From: Euglena gracilis
Lineage: Eukaryota
Length of the DNA: 64,000 nucleotides
Direction: 5' to 3'
NCBI GenBank assembly: GCA_039621445.1
Contig: CP154954.1
Location: forward strand, 41,657,572 to 41,721,571
How positions within the stretch are numbered: position 1 is the stretch's first letter; every line of letters starts with the position of its first letter. The translations under genes were made by a program, and so were the position numbers. This document shows, piece by piece, positions 1-13,977 of the stretch. The notes beneath the pieces are model-generated. The model saw only the letters and a list, made by a program, of their open reading frames with translations, was not told the origin of the DNA and ran no database searches.

Positions 1-116
1 TTCTGACGGAAAGCGGTTGGTGGGGGGGGGGCGGGTTCTGGTTAGCGGTTTCGCAGAACAAACCAGCAGAGAAAACGAGAATCCATCCCTGCCGGGGGGC
101 GGCGGGCACGGCACAC

Positions 117-242
117 CAGGGTTCGATATAAGGAGAGGGGGGGGGGGGGTACGGACCCCCCCCCCCTGCGGGCCAGGAGGGGGGGGGTGGGGACACCCCC
201 CCCCCACCTAAACCATGTACGCCCTCCTTATATCGAACCCTG
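117..242. mobile_element. hAT-like MITE (CAGGGTTCGATATAAGGAG TIR family)
   Basis: 19-bp perfect TIR cagggttcgatataaggag/ctccttatatcgaaccctg; 8-bp TSD cggcacac at 109-116 and 243-250. Confidence 0.9.
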
Positions 243-1233
243 CGGCACACCCTTGCCGCTCAGCACCAGGACCACGTGCTGGATGAGGGCCATCCGGGCG
301 GCCAACTCGTCCATCGGAAGGGGAGAGCGCCTGCCAGCGGAGCAAGCCACCCCCAGGCGGTGGGTGACCTGGGGGGGGGGGTTCGGGCCGCTCCCCTGTT
401 TTCGCCCCAATTGTTCTGGAATCCGCAGGTGTGTTCGTTGGGGGGGGGGGTGTTGATTGTGCGGTCACAAAATAATGGGAATTGTGGGAGTATGGGAAGC
501 CACTGGACTTTCCGTCGTTTTTTTTTGTGTTCCATTTTCCTCGCACCGTTCCCAAGCCCTGAAGAGGAGTCATTTGCAGGGGTAATCAAATTCCAGACAA
601 AAAAATGACAGGGAGTAATGAAATATATCACTTTTTTGGATCCAGATCGGCACAGAGCCTTGATACTGCTACTCTTCTTCGAGAATGCTATCAGCGCCTG
701 ACTTTGGGCATTTTTTTTTTAAACATAATGAACAACTACTGCCATTTTCTGCACTTTTTTAATTTTCAATTTAATTCATTTTCCATTTTTGAGTTTTTTT
801 GCGTCGAGTTTTTTGAGGGTCCATATTGTGTTCCCCCCATCATATCTCCCATCGGTTTTTTTTTTATCTTTTTTATTTCCCCCAGTTCCCGTCGACTGTA
901 GCATATTTGGACATTGTGTGTATCCTTGCGGATGGTTTTTCACTGCCCGAGGACAGCCGTGGTTGTTGACGTCCCCAGAGCGTTTCTCCCGCTCAAACTC
1001 AAGTGACACTCCCCTCCAAGCAGGTTTCCACCACCTCACGTGTCTCCCGTGGGGGGATGGAAAGCCGCGTGGCTGGATTTGGGCCAACACCGACCGCCCT
1101 CCATCACCGCGCACCGAGTCCTGGCCTCACTCTGCAGCCCTCCGATGGGAAGCCCGCCAGAACTGGGCTGGAGGGAAAACCCTGCGCATTGTCAGAAAAA
1201 AGCCCCCCCAGGCAGCCAGGTACCACGAGCACT

Positions 1234-1319
1234 ACTTGAACGTGACTTGAACGTGACTTGAACGTGACTTGAACGTGACTTGAACGTGACTTGAACGTGA
1301 CTTGAACGTGACTTGAACG
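1234..1319. repeat. 11-bp minisatellite (ACTTGAACGTG)n, about 7-8 copies
   Basis: Directly visible perfect tandem repeat. Confidence 0.95.
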
Positions 1320-1524
1320 AACCTCTGTTTGTTGGACGGACACTGGAATGCAAAGGTTCAGGGGACCTTCATTCTCTCCCACCGGGGCTGCACTAAGTGG
1401 GCAGACATTCTCTTCTGGCGCGGCATCAAATGGAATTGGAGGCAGAAGACACGGGGGGTGGTTCCCCTGCCGTGGCGCAGTCCCATAACAGGACTGATGG
1501 TAACGCCAGTGGGGCGCGTCGTCA

Positions 1525-1700
1525 CGTGTGTGTTGCATGTGTTGAGGATGTGTTGTTTGTGTTGTGTGTGTGTTGTGTCTGTTGTGTGTGTGTGGTGTGT
1601 GTGTGTGTGTGTTGTGTGTGTGTGTGTTGTGTATGGTGTGTTGTGTGTGTGTGTTGTGTGTGTGTTGTGTGTGTTGTCTGTTGTGTGTTGTGCGTTGTGC
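1525..1700. repeat. Imperfect (TG)n/(TTG) microsatellite
   Basis: Directly visible low-complexity GT tract. Confidence 0.95.
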
Positions 1701-3997
1701 AGTGGTGGCAGGGGAAGATGTCGCGCTGTGGCTCACCGGCAGCGCGCTGAGCGGCACTAGGCAGCGGCAGTCCCAAGCCCCGGCGGACCGTGTGGGACGG
1801 GACTTGGGGAGGGGGACTGGAGGAGGCGGGAGGGGCGAACACCTCTCTTTGGGCCCTTTGGAGGGGGCAGCGCCGGGATCGGGTGGGTTCAGGGCGACCG
1901 ACAGCGCGGTTCCCCGAACTGGACGTTCGAAACAAGTTCCAGTTCGAAACCACTGGGGGGGGGTGGGCGTTGCAGAACTTTGGGGGTCGCTAACCCTAAA
2001 CGAACCGCCCCCCCCCCCCCCCGGGGCCAGCTCCAAGGCCGGAAAATTTAAGCGGCCTGGGAAAAGGTTGTTGGCTGACCCCCCCCCCCCAATGAACCGT
2101 CACAGCCAAGCTGCCCTTCAGGCGGCGGGGCAGGAAACCACCCCCAAGGATGGGGAGGGGTTCAGGGCTGGAACAAAGAAAAGCAGCCGGTTGGCTGGAC
2201 CTCACCCGAACCGCTGCCGACCAACCCTTGCCTGGGCACCAAAAAGAGGGGAATGGACTGGGAATGGGCCAGGGAGGTGGCGTTGAGACCGGTGGTTGCC
2301 AAAACACGGGCTGGGGGGCGACGGAGGAAATGAAGAAAGATCCTGCGATTCACACTGAAAGCTCTCTAGCCGGTCCTCTGTCTGAATGGAAGAGAAAGGT
2401 GAAAAATAAACTACAAAATACGTAATGCTCATACTGAATACAGAATACTCATCAAATCAACTGGGTTCCAAAAATGGAAACTGAAAAAAAGCCTCAAAAA
2501 GGCCAATTATGCAAATTCTTGCTGTCTGTCTAAAAATCAATTTTTTTTGTCAGTCAACAAGTCAAATTTGTTAGATTTTTGACTCATTTCATTTTGCTCA
2601 GAAAAGAACGAAATCACACTGTTGACCATTTTGTGGGTTCATTTGGGGAGTGCGCCCCCACCCTCTCCACCCTCTGGGAGAGGGGGGGTGTACATTTCCA
2701 CGTGGTCTTATGTCAGACCCAGGACCAAATGCTTGTTTCAGGATGCTTGGGGCGGGACCGTTTTACAGGATCCTTTTAAGCAGGTTCGGGGTGGGTGGGC
2801 ACAACCACGTACGTACCCTCTCCCCAGAGGTCTTGCCCCCCTCCTCTGTATGCACACTCTCGACCCGAAATCGGCCGACTACCTTAACTTGTTTTTTATA
2901 GGGGCTTTTTATGCCAACTTTGTATATGGACTGCCAAAACCACCATTTTAAACGACCCCCTTCTTTAACGACGCCCGTTCATAACGACCACTGGGAAATC
3001 CCACCAATGATAAACCACTTGGAGAATTTACTAACCCACACCACACCACCCACCCACCCACCCACCCACCCACCCACACACAGACACACACAAGAAATTT
3101 GCAGAGGAAACGTGTGCAGCAAATGTTTTAAACGCTTGGGTTCACACAAAAACAAGATACAAACAAATCTCTTCAGAGAAGAGCAGATCAAAGAAGGAGC
3201 AACACATCCCCATCCAACCAGCTCTTTAAGCTCTTTAGATTGCCAGACATCTGAAAAAGATTGTCAGAGATCTGAAAAAGTCTGGAACATTACATCCGTC
3301 CATGCATCCATCAATCGTCACCCTCTGACGAGGACCTCCTCTGGAAATGCAGGCAACGGTGGCGGGGTGGGGGGGTCCTGGCCGACCCCCTAACATGCAG
3401 GGGTGCTTCTGGGATTCTTTTTCAGCCCTGGGGAGGGAACTCCCATAAAACTATCGCCAGGCTATATTTCTGAATACCGCCCCCAAAGTGGCGGGCAAGA
3501 GGACGGATGGCCCCCCTGCCGATGCCATATGGCCCCTGGGGCTGGCCATAGCCCCAGCTGGAGGCCGGAGGCGTGGCGGTGGTGCTGGCGGCCGACCGCC
3601 AGGGCCACCGCCAACCACGGCGCTGCGTTCCACGTGGACCGAAATGCACCGGTGGCCGCCGGCCTCTCCGACCGCCGCGAGAGTGGCCGCCCTGGCCGTC
3701 CCTCAGGGAGGAGGGGGCCCGGAGCGCGGGGCTGCCCGCGCCGGACGGGCTGGTGGGGAGGTTGGGGCCAGGCCCGGCAGCGTGGGGGAGTTGGCTGTTT
3801 GGACCGGGCGGGGGCGGCCCCACTGCCGGGGGGGGATTCTAGCATCCAGTTTTTTTTTCTCGGTAAACTCAAATAACCTCCTCATCTCCCCCAAATCCTC
3901 CCTTGTGCCGACACAAGAAATCACTTGGCTAGGCAAGGTCTTCAACCTTTGCAACCGGACCATCCAAAACACCCTTCCCACATCCCAAAGGGCTCTT

Positions 3998-4651
3998 GGA
4001 GGAGCCCAGATAACCGTGGTGTAACCGCGGTGTAACTGCGGTGTAACCGCGGTGAGAACAAGAACAAGAGGGGTGTACCCCTCGCAACCCCCGCGACCCC
4101 CACATGGAGGGTTTCCGCATCCCAGTAGGAGCCAAAAAATGGCACCTAATTAGGAATTAGCACCCAAATTAGGAATCAAAATTGCCAAAATGTGTGATAA
4201 ATTCCTAATTGGATCTATTTTTGGACACAAAAGTTCTAAAAGTAGGTCATATCTGACGTTGTGTGTGAGGTCACACAGGTCACACGTGACCCGTCAAAAC
4301 TGCCACGCCCCCCCCCCGCCCCCCCCCCCCGCGACGTTCAGCGAAAGGGTTAAACTGTTTGCAAGAACCTTAACCCTAACTCGACTCCTTCAAATAACCT
4401 CATAATGACCCGTTTCTGGCCTCAAGAGAACTGACTTGGCGTTTTTAGAAGTGGGTCATTTAGCAAAGGAGTAAACCCCCCAAATAACACCCCCCCCCCC
4501 GTTTTTTTCGGGTGGTCTTACTTTGGGGGGATTTCCCATTTTGCCGACGCCCCCGAAACTCTGCCTCCACCACCTTGCAAGGCACCTTGCCCACGTAACC
4601 GCGGTGTAACCGCGGTGTAACCGCGGTGATAACCGCGGTGTGGGCTCCTCC
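3998..4651. mobile_element. Non-autonomous TIR element with 3-bp TSD (CTT) and subterminal (TAACCGCGGTG)n repeats
   Basis: TIR ggaggagccca/tgggctcctcc; ctt on both flanks; 11-bp repeats at about 4011-4053 and 4596-4640; excision restores QRAL|ALCLL. Confidence 0.75.
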
Positions 4652-4699
4652 CTTGCCCTATGCCTCCTCTGCGCCTATATTCCCCTACATCCTCGTGTA

Positions 4700-4940
4700 C
4701 CATCCACCCCCCCCCCATTATGTACCTCCCCCCGGGAGGCCGAAATTGGGGGGAGGTACACAATGGGGGGGAGGTACACAATGGGGGGGGGGCGAGGTAT
4801 ACAATGGGGGCCATGCCTACGGATGGCCGGGCGAGGTGCATTCCCCTTGGGCCAGGTGCATGCTGCCCCCCCCCCATTATGTACCTCCCCCCCAGGGGGT
4901 ACACAATGGGGGGGGGTACATAATGGGGGGGGGTGGATGG
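4700..4940. mobile_element. Tc1/mariner-pogo-type MITE, TA TSD
   Basis: TIR ccatccac(c)n-attatgtacc; TA on both sides; excision restores HPRV|IDRL. Confidence 0.85.
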
Positions 4941-5276
4941 TAATCGACCGCCTCACCGGTTACATGCTGTGGTTCCACAGGCCACACCGTGGAACAACCC
5001 TGTTCCTCCGGGGATGGTACTTGACAAAGTACACAATTGGCCGGCTCGACCACGCCTTTCCAAAACTCCGAAGGGCCCTCTTCCACCTCCTCTTACAAGG
5101 CCTCACACCCTGGACCGCTTTCGACCCAATCCCACCTCCCCTCTTCAACCCCCTCATCTTCGTTGACGCCACCATCACAACTGAAGGCTGCCAAATCGGT
5201 CTTTACTGCCCCACCGTCGGATGCCGAATCCAACGAATCCCCTGCCCAGCCATATCCCAACAACGTGCCGAGCTGC

Positions 5277-8200
5277 GGCTCCCGGATCTGGCCTGGGGGG
5301 GGGGGTTGTGGGCCGACCCTAGGGTCGGCCCACGGTCGCCAAAGGTCCCCAAAGGTCGCTATGGTCGACCCCCCCCGAGGCTGTGGGGTGGGTGGCGACC
5401 CTAGAAACCCTTGTGGGCCGACCCTAGGGTCGACTTAGGGTCGGCCCACCACACAACCCCCCCCCCCCCCTACAACCCTAGGGTCGACTTAGGGTCGGCC
5501 CACCCCACGACCTCCCCCCCCCCCTGCCACCTCAGGGTCGACTTAGGGTCGGCCCACCCCACGACCTCCCCCCCCCTCCAAAGAAAAAAAAAAGGAAATT
5601 TTCGGAACAATTTTTGTTGCCCAACTTTTCGAGGGCCCCAAAATAACAAAATCCCTTGTGTTACCCACCCGTTTTGGGGGTCAAATCCCTTTTGTTGCGC
5701 AACTGTTCGAGGGCCCCAAAATAACAAAATCCCTTGTGTAACCCAACTGATATTGGGGGCAAATCCCTTTTGTTGCCCAACTGTTCAAGGCCCCCAAAAT
5801 AACAAAATACCTTGTGTTACCCACCCGTTTTGGGGGGCAAATCCCTTGTGAAACCCAACTGATTTGGGGGGCAAAACCCTTTTGTTGCCCAACTGTTCGA
5901 GGGTCCCAAAATAACAAAATCCCTTGTGTTACCCACCCGTTTTGGGGGCAAATCCCTTGTGTTGCCCAACTGTTCGAGGGCCCCAAAATAACAAAATCCC
6001 TTGTGTTACCCACCCGTTTTGAGGGGCAAATCCCTTGTGAAACCCAACTGATTCGGGGGGCAAAACCCTTTTGTTGCCCAACTGTTCGAGGGTCCCAAAA
6101 TAACAAAATCCCTTGTGTTACCCACCCGTTTTGGGGGCAAATCCCTTGTGTTGCCCAACTGTTCGAGGGCCCCAAAATAACAAAATCCCTTGCGTTACCC
6201 ACCCGTTTTGAGGGGCAAATCCCTTGTGAAACCCAACTGATTTGGGGGGCAAAACCCTTTTGTTGCCCAACTGTTCGAGGGTCCCAAAATAACAAAATCC
6301 CTTGTGTTACCCACCCGTTTTGGTGGCAAATCCCTTTTGTTGCCCAACTGTTCGAGGGCCCCAAAATAACAAAATCCCTTGTGTTACCCACCCGTTTTGG
6401 GGGCAAATCCCTTGTGTTCCCCAACTGTTCGAGGGCCCCAAACTAACAAAATCCCTTGTGTTACCCACCCATTTCGGGGGACAAATCCCTTTTGTTGCCC
6501 AACTGTTCGAGGGCCCCAAAATAACAAAATCCCTTGTGTTACCCACCCGTTTTGAGGGGCAAATCCCTTGTGAAACCCAACTGATTTGGGGGGCAAAACC
6601 CTTTTGTTGCCCAACTGTTCGAGGGTCCCAAAATAACAAAATCCCTTGTGTTACCCACCCTTTTTGGGGGCAAAACCCCTTTTGTTGCCCAACTGTTCGA
6701 GGGCCCCAAAATAACAAAATCCCTTGTGTTACCCACCCATTTCGGGGGACAAATCCCTTTTGTTGCCCAACTGTTCGAGGGCCCCAAAATAACAAAATCC
6801 CTTGTGTGACCCACCCGTTTTCAGGGGCAAATCCCTTGTGAAACCCAACTGATTTGGGGGGCAAAACCCTTTTGTTGCCCAACTGTTCGAGGGTCCCAAA
6901 ATAACAAAATCCCTTGTGTTACCCACCCGTTTTGGTGGCAAATCCCTTTTGTTGCCCAACTGTTCGAGGGCCCCAAAATAACAAAATCCCTTGTGTTACC
7001 CACCCGTTTTGGTGGCAAATCCCTTTTGTTGCCCAACTGTTCGAGGGCCCCAAAATAACAAAATCCCTTGTGTTACCCACCCGTTTTGGGGGCAAAACCC
7101 TTTTGTTGCCCAACTGTTCGAGGGCCCCAAAATAACAAAATCCCTTGTGTTACCCACCCATTTCGGGGGACAAATCCCTTTTGTTGCCCAACTGTTCGAG
7201 GGCCCCAAAATAACAAAATCCCTTGTGTTACCCACCCGTTTTGAGGGGCAAATCCCTTGTGAAACCCAACTGATTTGGGGGGCAAAACCCTTTTGTTGCC
7301 CAACTGTTCGAGGGTCCCAAAATAACAAAATCCCTTGTGTTACCCACCCGTTTTGAGGGGCAAATCCCTTTTGTTGCCCAACTGTTCGAGGGCCCCAAAA
7401 TAACAAAATCCCTTGTGTTACCCACCCGTTTTGGGGGCAAATCCCTTGTGTTCCCCAAATGTTCGAGGGCCCCAAACTAACAAAATCCCTTGTGTTACCC
7501 ACCCATTTCGGGGGACAAATCCCTTTTGTTGCCCAACTGTTCGAGGGCCCCAAAATAACAAAATCCCTTGTGTTACCCACCCGTTTTGGGGGCAAATCCC
7601 TTGTGTTCCCCAACTGTTCGAGGGCCCCAAACTAACAAAATCCCTTGTGTTACCCACCCATTTCGGGGGACAAATCCCTTTTGTTGCCCAACTGTTCGAG
7701 GGCCCCAAAATAACAAAATCCCTTGTGTTACCCACCCGTTTTGAGGGGCAAATCCCTTGTGAAACCCAACTGATTTGGGGGGCAAAACCCTTTTGTTGCC
7801 CAACTGTTCGAGGGCCCCAAAATAACAAAATCCCTTGTGTTACCCACCCATTTCGGGGGACAAATCCCTTTTGTTGCCCAACTGTTCGAGGGCCCCAAAA
7901 TAACAAAATCCCTTGTGTTACCCACCCGTTTTGAGGGGCAAATCCCTTGTGAAACCCAACTGATTTGGGGGGCAAAACCCTTTTGTTGCCCAACTGTTCG
8001 AGGGTCCCAAAATAACAAAATCCCTTGTGTTACCCACCCGTTTTGGTGGCAAATCCCTTTTGTTGCCCAACTGTTCGAGGGCCCCAAAATAACAAAATCC
8101 CTTGTGTTACCCACCCGTTTTGGGGGCAAATCCCTTGTGTTCCCCAAATGTTCGAGGGCCCCAAACTAACAAAATCCCTTGTGTTACCCACCCATTTCGG

Positions 8201-11200
8201 GGGACAAATCCCTTTTGTTGCCCAACTGTTCGAGGGCCCCAAAATAACAAAATCCCTTGTGTTACCCACCCGTTTTGGGGGCAAATCCCTTGTGTTCCCC
8301 AACTGTTCGAGGGCCCCAAACTAACAAAATCCCTTGTGTTACCCACCCATTTCGGGGGGCAAATCCCTTGTGTTGCCCAACTGTTCGAGGGCCCCAAAAT
8401 AACAAAATCCCTTGCGTTACCCACCCGTTTTGAGGGGCAAATCCCTTGTGAAACCCAACTGATTTGGGGGGCAAAACCCTTTTGTTGCCCAACTGTTCGA
8501 GGGTCCCAAAATAACAAAATCCCTTGTGTTACCCACCCTTTTTGGGGGCAAAACCCTTTTGTTGCCCAACTGTTCGAGGGCCCCAAAATAACAAAATCCC
8601 TTGTGTTACCCACCCATTTCGGGGGACAAATCCCTTTTGTTGCCCAACTGTTCGAGGGCCCCAAAATAACAAAATCCCTTGTGTTACCCACCCGTTTTGA
8701 GGGGCAAATCCCTTGTGAAACCCAACTGATTTGGGGGGCAAAACCCTTTTGTTGCCCAACTGTTCGAGGGTCCCAAAATAACAAAATCCCTTGTGTTACC
8801 CACCCGTTTTGGTGGCAAATCCCTTTTGTTGCCCAACTGTTCGAGGGCCCCAAAATAACAAAATCCCTTGTGTTACCCACCCGTTTTGGTGGCAAATCCC
8901 TTTTGTTGCCCAACTGTTCGAGGGCCCCAAAATAACAAAATCCCTTGTGTTACCCACCCGTTTTGGGGGCAAAACCCTTTTGTTGCCCAACTGTTCGAGG
9001 GCCCCAAAATAACAAAATCCCTTGTGTTACCCACCCATTTCGGGGGACAAATCCCTTTTGTTGCCCAACTGTTCGAGGGCCCCAAAATAACAAAATCCCT
9101 TGTGTTACCCACCCGTTTTGAGGGGCAAATCCCTTGTGAAACCCAACTGATTTGGGGGGCAAAACCCTTTTGTTGCCCAACTGTTCGAGGGTCCCAAAAT
9201 AACAAAATCCCTTGTGTTACCCACCCGTTTTGGTGGCAAATCCCTTTTGTTGCCCAACTGTTCGAGGGCCCCAAAATAACAAAATCCCTTGTGTTACCCA
9301 CCCGTTTTGGGGGCAAAACCCTTTTGTTGCCCAACTGTTCGAGGGCCCCAAACTAACAAAATCCCTTGTGTTACCCACCCATTTCGGGGGACAAATCCCT
9401 TTTGTTGCCCAACTGTTCGAGGGCCCCAAAATAACAAAATCCCTTGTGTTACCCACCCGTTTTGGGGGCAAATCCCTTGTGTTCCCCAACTGTTCGAGGG
9501 CCCCAAACTAACAAAATCCCTTGTGTTACCCACCCATTTCGGGGGACAAATCCCTTTTGTTGCCCAACTGTTCGAGGGCCCCAAAATAACAAAATCCCTT
9601 GTGTTACCCACCCGTTTTGAGGGGCAAATCCCTTGTGAAACCCAACTGATTTGGGGGGCAAAACCCTTTTGTTGCCCAACTGTTCGAGGGTCCCAAAATA
9701 ACAAAATCCCTTGTGTTACCCACCCTTTTTGGGGGCAAAACCCTTTTGTTGCCCAACTGTTCGAGGGCCCCAAAATAACAAAATCCCTTGTGTTACCCAC
9801 CCATTTCGGGGGACAAATCCCTTTTGTTGCCCAACTGTTCGAGGGCCCCAAAATAACAAAATCCCTTGTGTTACCCACCCGTTTTGAGGGGCAAATCCCT
9901 TGTGAAACCCAACTGATTTGGGGGGCAAAACCCTTTTGTTGCCCAACTGTTCGAGGGTCCCAAAATAACAAAATCCCTTGTGTTACCCACCCGTTTTGGT
10001 GGCAAATCCCTTTTGTTGCCCAACTGTTCGAGGGCCCCAAAATAACAAAATCCCTTGTGTTACCCACCCGTTTTGGGGGCAAATCCCTTGTGTTCCCCAA
10101 ATGTTCGAGGGCCCCAAACTAACAAAATCCTTTGTGTTACCCACCCATTTCGGGGGACAAATCCCTTTTGTTGCCCAACTGTTCGAGGGCCCCAAAATAA
10201 CAAAATCCCTTGTGTTACCCACCCGTTTTGGGGGCAAATCCCTTTTTGTACCCAACTGTTCGAGGGCCCCAAACTAACAAAATCCCTTGTGTTACCCACC
10301 CATTTCGGGGGACAAATCCCTTTTGTTGCCCAACTGTTCGAGGGCCCCAAAATAACAAAATCCCTTGTGTTACCCACCCGTTTTGAGGGGCAAATCCCTT
10401 GTGAAACCCAACTGATTTGGGGGGCAAAACCCTTTTGTTGCCCAACTGTTCGAGGGTCCCAAAATAACAAAATCCCTTGTGTTACCCACCCTTTTTGGGG
10501 GCAAAACCCTTTTGTTGCCCAACTGTTCGAGGGCCCCAAAATAACAAAATCCCTTGTGTTACCCACCCATTTCGGGGGACAAATCCCTTTTGTTGCCCAA
10601 CTGTTCGAGGGCCCCAAAATAACAAAATCCCTTGTGTTACCCACCCGTTTTGAGGGGCAAATCCCTTGTGAAACCCAACTGATTTGGGGGGCAAAACCCT
10701 TTTGTTGCCCAACTGTTCGAGGGTCCCAAAATAACAAAATCCCTTGTGTTACCCACCCGTTTTGGTGGCAAATCCCTTTTGTTGCCCAACTGTTCGAGGG
10801 CCCCAAAATAACAAAATCCCCTGTGTTACCCACCCGTTTTGGTGGCAAATCCCTTTTGTTGCCCAACTGTTCGAGGGTCCCAAAATAACAAAATCCCCTG
10901 TGTTACCCACCCGTTTTGGGGGCAAAACCCTTTTGTTGCCCAACTGTTCGAGGGCCCCAAAATAACAAAATCCCTTGTGTTACCCACCCATTTCGGGGGA
11001 CAAATCCCTTTTGTTGCCCAACTATTCGAGGGCCCCAAAATAACAAAATCCCTTGTGTTACCCACCCGTTTTGAGGGGCAAATCCCTTGTGAAACCCAAC
11101 TGATTTGGGGGGCAAAACCCTTTTGTTGCCCAACTGTTCGAGGGTCCCAAAATAACAAAATCCCTTGTGTTACCCACCCGTTTTGGTGGCAAATCCCTTT

Positions 11201-13977
11201 TGTTGCCCAACTGTTCGAGGGCCCCAAAATAACAAAATCCCTTGTGTTACCCACCCGTTTTGGGGGCAAATCCCTTGTGTTCCCCAAATGTTCGAGGGCC
11301 CCAAACTAACAAAATCCCTTGTGTTACCCACCCATTTCGGGGGACAAATCCCTTTTGTTGCCCAACTGTTCGAGGGCCCCAAAATAACAAAATCCCTTGT
11401 GTTACCCACCCGTTTTGGGGGCAAATCCCTTGTGTTCCCCAACTGTTCGAGGGCCCCAAACTAACAAAATCCCTTGTGTTACCCACCCATTTCGGGGGAC
11501 AAATCCCTTTTGTTGCCCAACTGTTCGAGGGCCCCAAAATAACAAAATCCCTTGTGTTACCCACCCGTTTTGAGGGGCAAATCCCTTGTGAAACCCAACT
11601 GATTTGGGGGCAAAACCCTTTTGTTGCCCAACTGTTCGAGGGTCCCAAAATAACAAAATCCCTTGTGTTACCCACCCTTTTTGGGGGCAAAACCCTTTTG
11701 TTGCCCAACTGTTCGAGGGCCCCAAAATAACAAAATCCCTTGTGTTACCCACCCGTTTTGAGGGGCAAATCCCTTGTGAAACCCAACTGATTTGGGGGGC
11801 AAAACCCTTTTGTTGCCCAACTGTTCGAGGGTCCCAAAATAACAAAATCCCTTGTGTTACCCACCCGTTTTGGTGGCAAATCCCTTTTGTTGCCCAACTG
11901 TTCGAGGGCCCCAAAATAACAAAATCCCTTGTGTTACCCACCCATTTCGGGGGACAAATCCCTTTTGTTGCCCAACTGTTCGAGGGCCCCAAAATAACAA
12001 AATCCCTTGTGTTACCCACCCGTTTTGGGGGCAAATCCCTTGTGTTCCCCAACTGTTCGAGGGCCCCAAACTAACAAAATCCCTTGTGTTACCCACCCAT
12101 TTCGGGGGACAAATCCCTTTTGTTGCCCAACTGTTCGAGGGCCCCAAAATAACAAAATCCCTTGTGTTACCCACCCGTTTTGAGGGGCAAATCCCTTGTG
12201 AAACCCAACTGATTTGGGGGGCAAAACCCTTTTGTTGCCCAACTGTTCGAGGGTCCCAAAATAACAAAATCCCTTGTGTTACCCACCCTTTTTGGGGGCA
12301 AAACCCTTTTGTTGCCCAACTGTTCGAGGGCCCCAAAATAACAAAATCCCTTGTGTTACCCACCCATTTCGGGGGACAAATCCCTTGTGAAACCCAACTG
12401 ATTTGGGGGGCAAAACCCTTTTGTTGCCCAACTGTTCGAGGGTCCCAAAATAACAAAATCCCTTGTGTTACCCACCCGTTTTGGTGGCAAATCCCTTTTG
12501 TTGCCCAACTGTTCGAGGGCCCCAAAATAACAAAATCCCTTGTGTTACCCACCCGTTTTGGTGGCAAATCCCTTTTGTTGCCCAACTGTTCGAGGGCCCC
12601 AAAATAACAAAATCCCCTGTGTTACCCACCCGTTTTGGGGGCAAAACCCTTTTGTTGCCCAACTGTTCGAGGGTCCCAAAATAACAAAATCCCTTGTGTT
12701 ACCCACCCATTTCGGGGGACAAATCCCTTTTGTTGCACAACTGTTCGAGGGCCCCAAAATAACAAAATCCCTTGTGTTACCCACCCGTTTTGAGGGGCAA
12801 ATCCCTTGTGAAACCCAACTGATTTGGGGGGCAAAACCCTTTTGTTGCCCAACTGTTCGAGGGTCCCAAAATAACAAAATCCCTTGTGTTACCCACCCGT
12901 TTTGGTGGCAAATCCCTTTTGTTGCCCAATTGTTCGAGGGCCCCAAAATAACAAAATCCCTTGTGTTACCCACCCGTTTTGGGGGCAAATCCCTTGTGTT
13001 CCCCAAATGTTCGAGGGCCCCAAACTAACAAAATCCCTTGTGTTACCCACCCATTTCGGGGGACAAATCCCTTTTGTTGCCCAACTGTTCGAGGGCCCCA
13101 AAATAACAAAATCCCTTGTGTTACCCACCCATTTTGAGGGGCAAATCCCTTGTGAAACCCAGCTGATTTGGGGGGCAAAACCCTTTTGTTGCCCAACTGT
13201 TCGAGGGTCCCAAAATAACAAAATCCCTTGTGTTACCCACCCGTTTTGGGGGACAAATCCCTTTTGTTGCCCAATTGTTTGAGGGTCCCAAAATAACAAA
13301 ATCCCTTGTGTTACCCACCCGTTTTGAGGGGCAAATCCCTTGTGAAACCCAACTGATTTGGGGGGCAAAACCCTTTTGTTGCCCAACTGTTCGAGGGTCC
13401 CAAAATAACAAAATCCCTTGTGTTACCCACCCGTTTTGGGGGACAAATCCCTTTTGTTGCCCAATTGTTCGAGGGTCCCAAAATAACAAAATCCCTTGTG
13501 TTACCCACCCGTTTTGGGGGGCAAATCCCTTGTGAAACCCAACTGATTTGGGGGGCAAAACCCTTTTGTTGCCCAACTGTTCGAGGGTCCCAAAATAACA
13601 AAATCCCTTGTGTTACCCACCCGTTTTGGGGGACAAATCCCTTTTGTTGCCCAATTGTTCGAGGGTCCCAAAATAACAAAATCCCTTGTGTTACCCACCC
13701 GTTTTGGGGGGCAAAGCCCTTGTGTAACCAAACTGATTTGGCGACCCTAAGTCGACCCTAGGGTTGTGGGGGGGGGGGGGGGGTCGGGGGGTGGGCCGAC
13801 CCTAGGGTCGGCCCACGACCCTAAGGCGACCCTGGGGTCGGCGACCCTAGGGTCGGCCCACTAGGGGGGTCTCCCGGACGGCTCCTTGGGCGACCTTTGG
13901 CGACCTTTGGCGACCGTGGGCCGACCCTAGGGTCGCCCCAAACCCCCCCCCCCCCAGGCCAGATCTACCCCCCCCCC
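5277..13977. mobile_element. 8.7-kb foldback/Mutator-like non-autonomous element with 9-bp TSD, containing a satellite array
   Basis: TSD ccgagctgc at 5268-5276 and 13978-13986; inverted ends gatctggcctggggg/cccccaggccagatc; subterminal palindromes gggccgaccctagggtcggccc at both ends; excision restores RAEL|LALEQ. Confidence 0.8.
5612..13740. repeat. Satellite array of 77-78-bp monomers plus interspersed 35-bp subunits, with higher-order structure
   Basis: Monomer cttttgttgcccaactgttcgagggccccaaaataacaaaatcccttgtgttacccacccgttttgggggcaaatcc; subunit cttgtgaaacccaactgatttggggggcaaaaccc. Confidence 0.97.

Noticed and set aside
1104-2286. Long Cys/Val- or Thr/His-rich ORFs
   Set aside because: Translations of the GT microsatellite
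5612-13740. CRISPR array or repeat-protein gene
   Set aside because: No unique spacers and no cas genes; the many overlapping ORFs on both strands are artefacts of a stop-poor satellite
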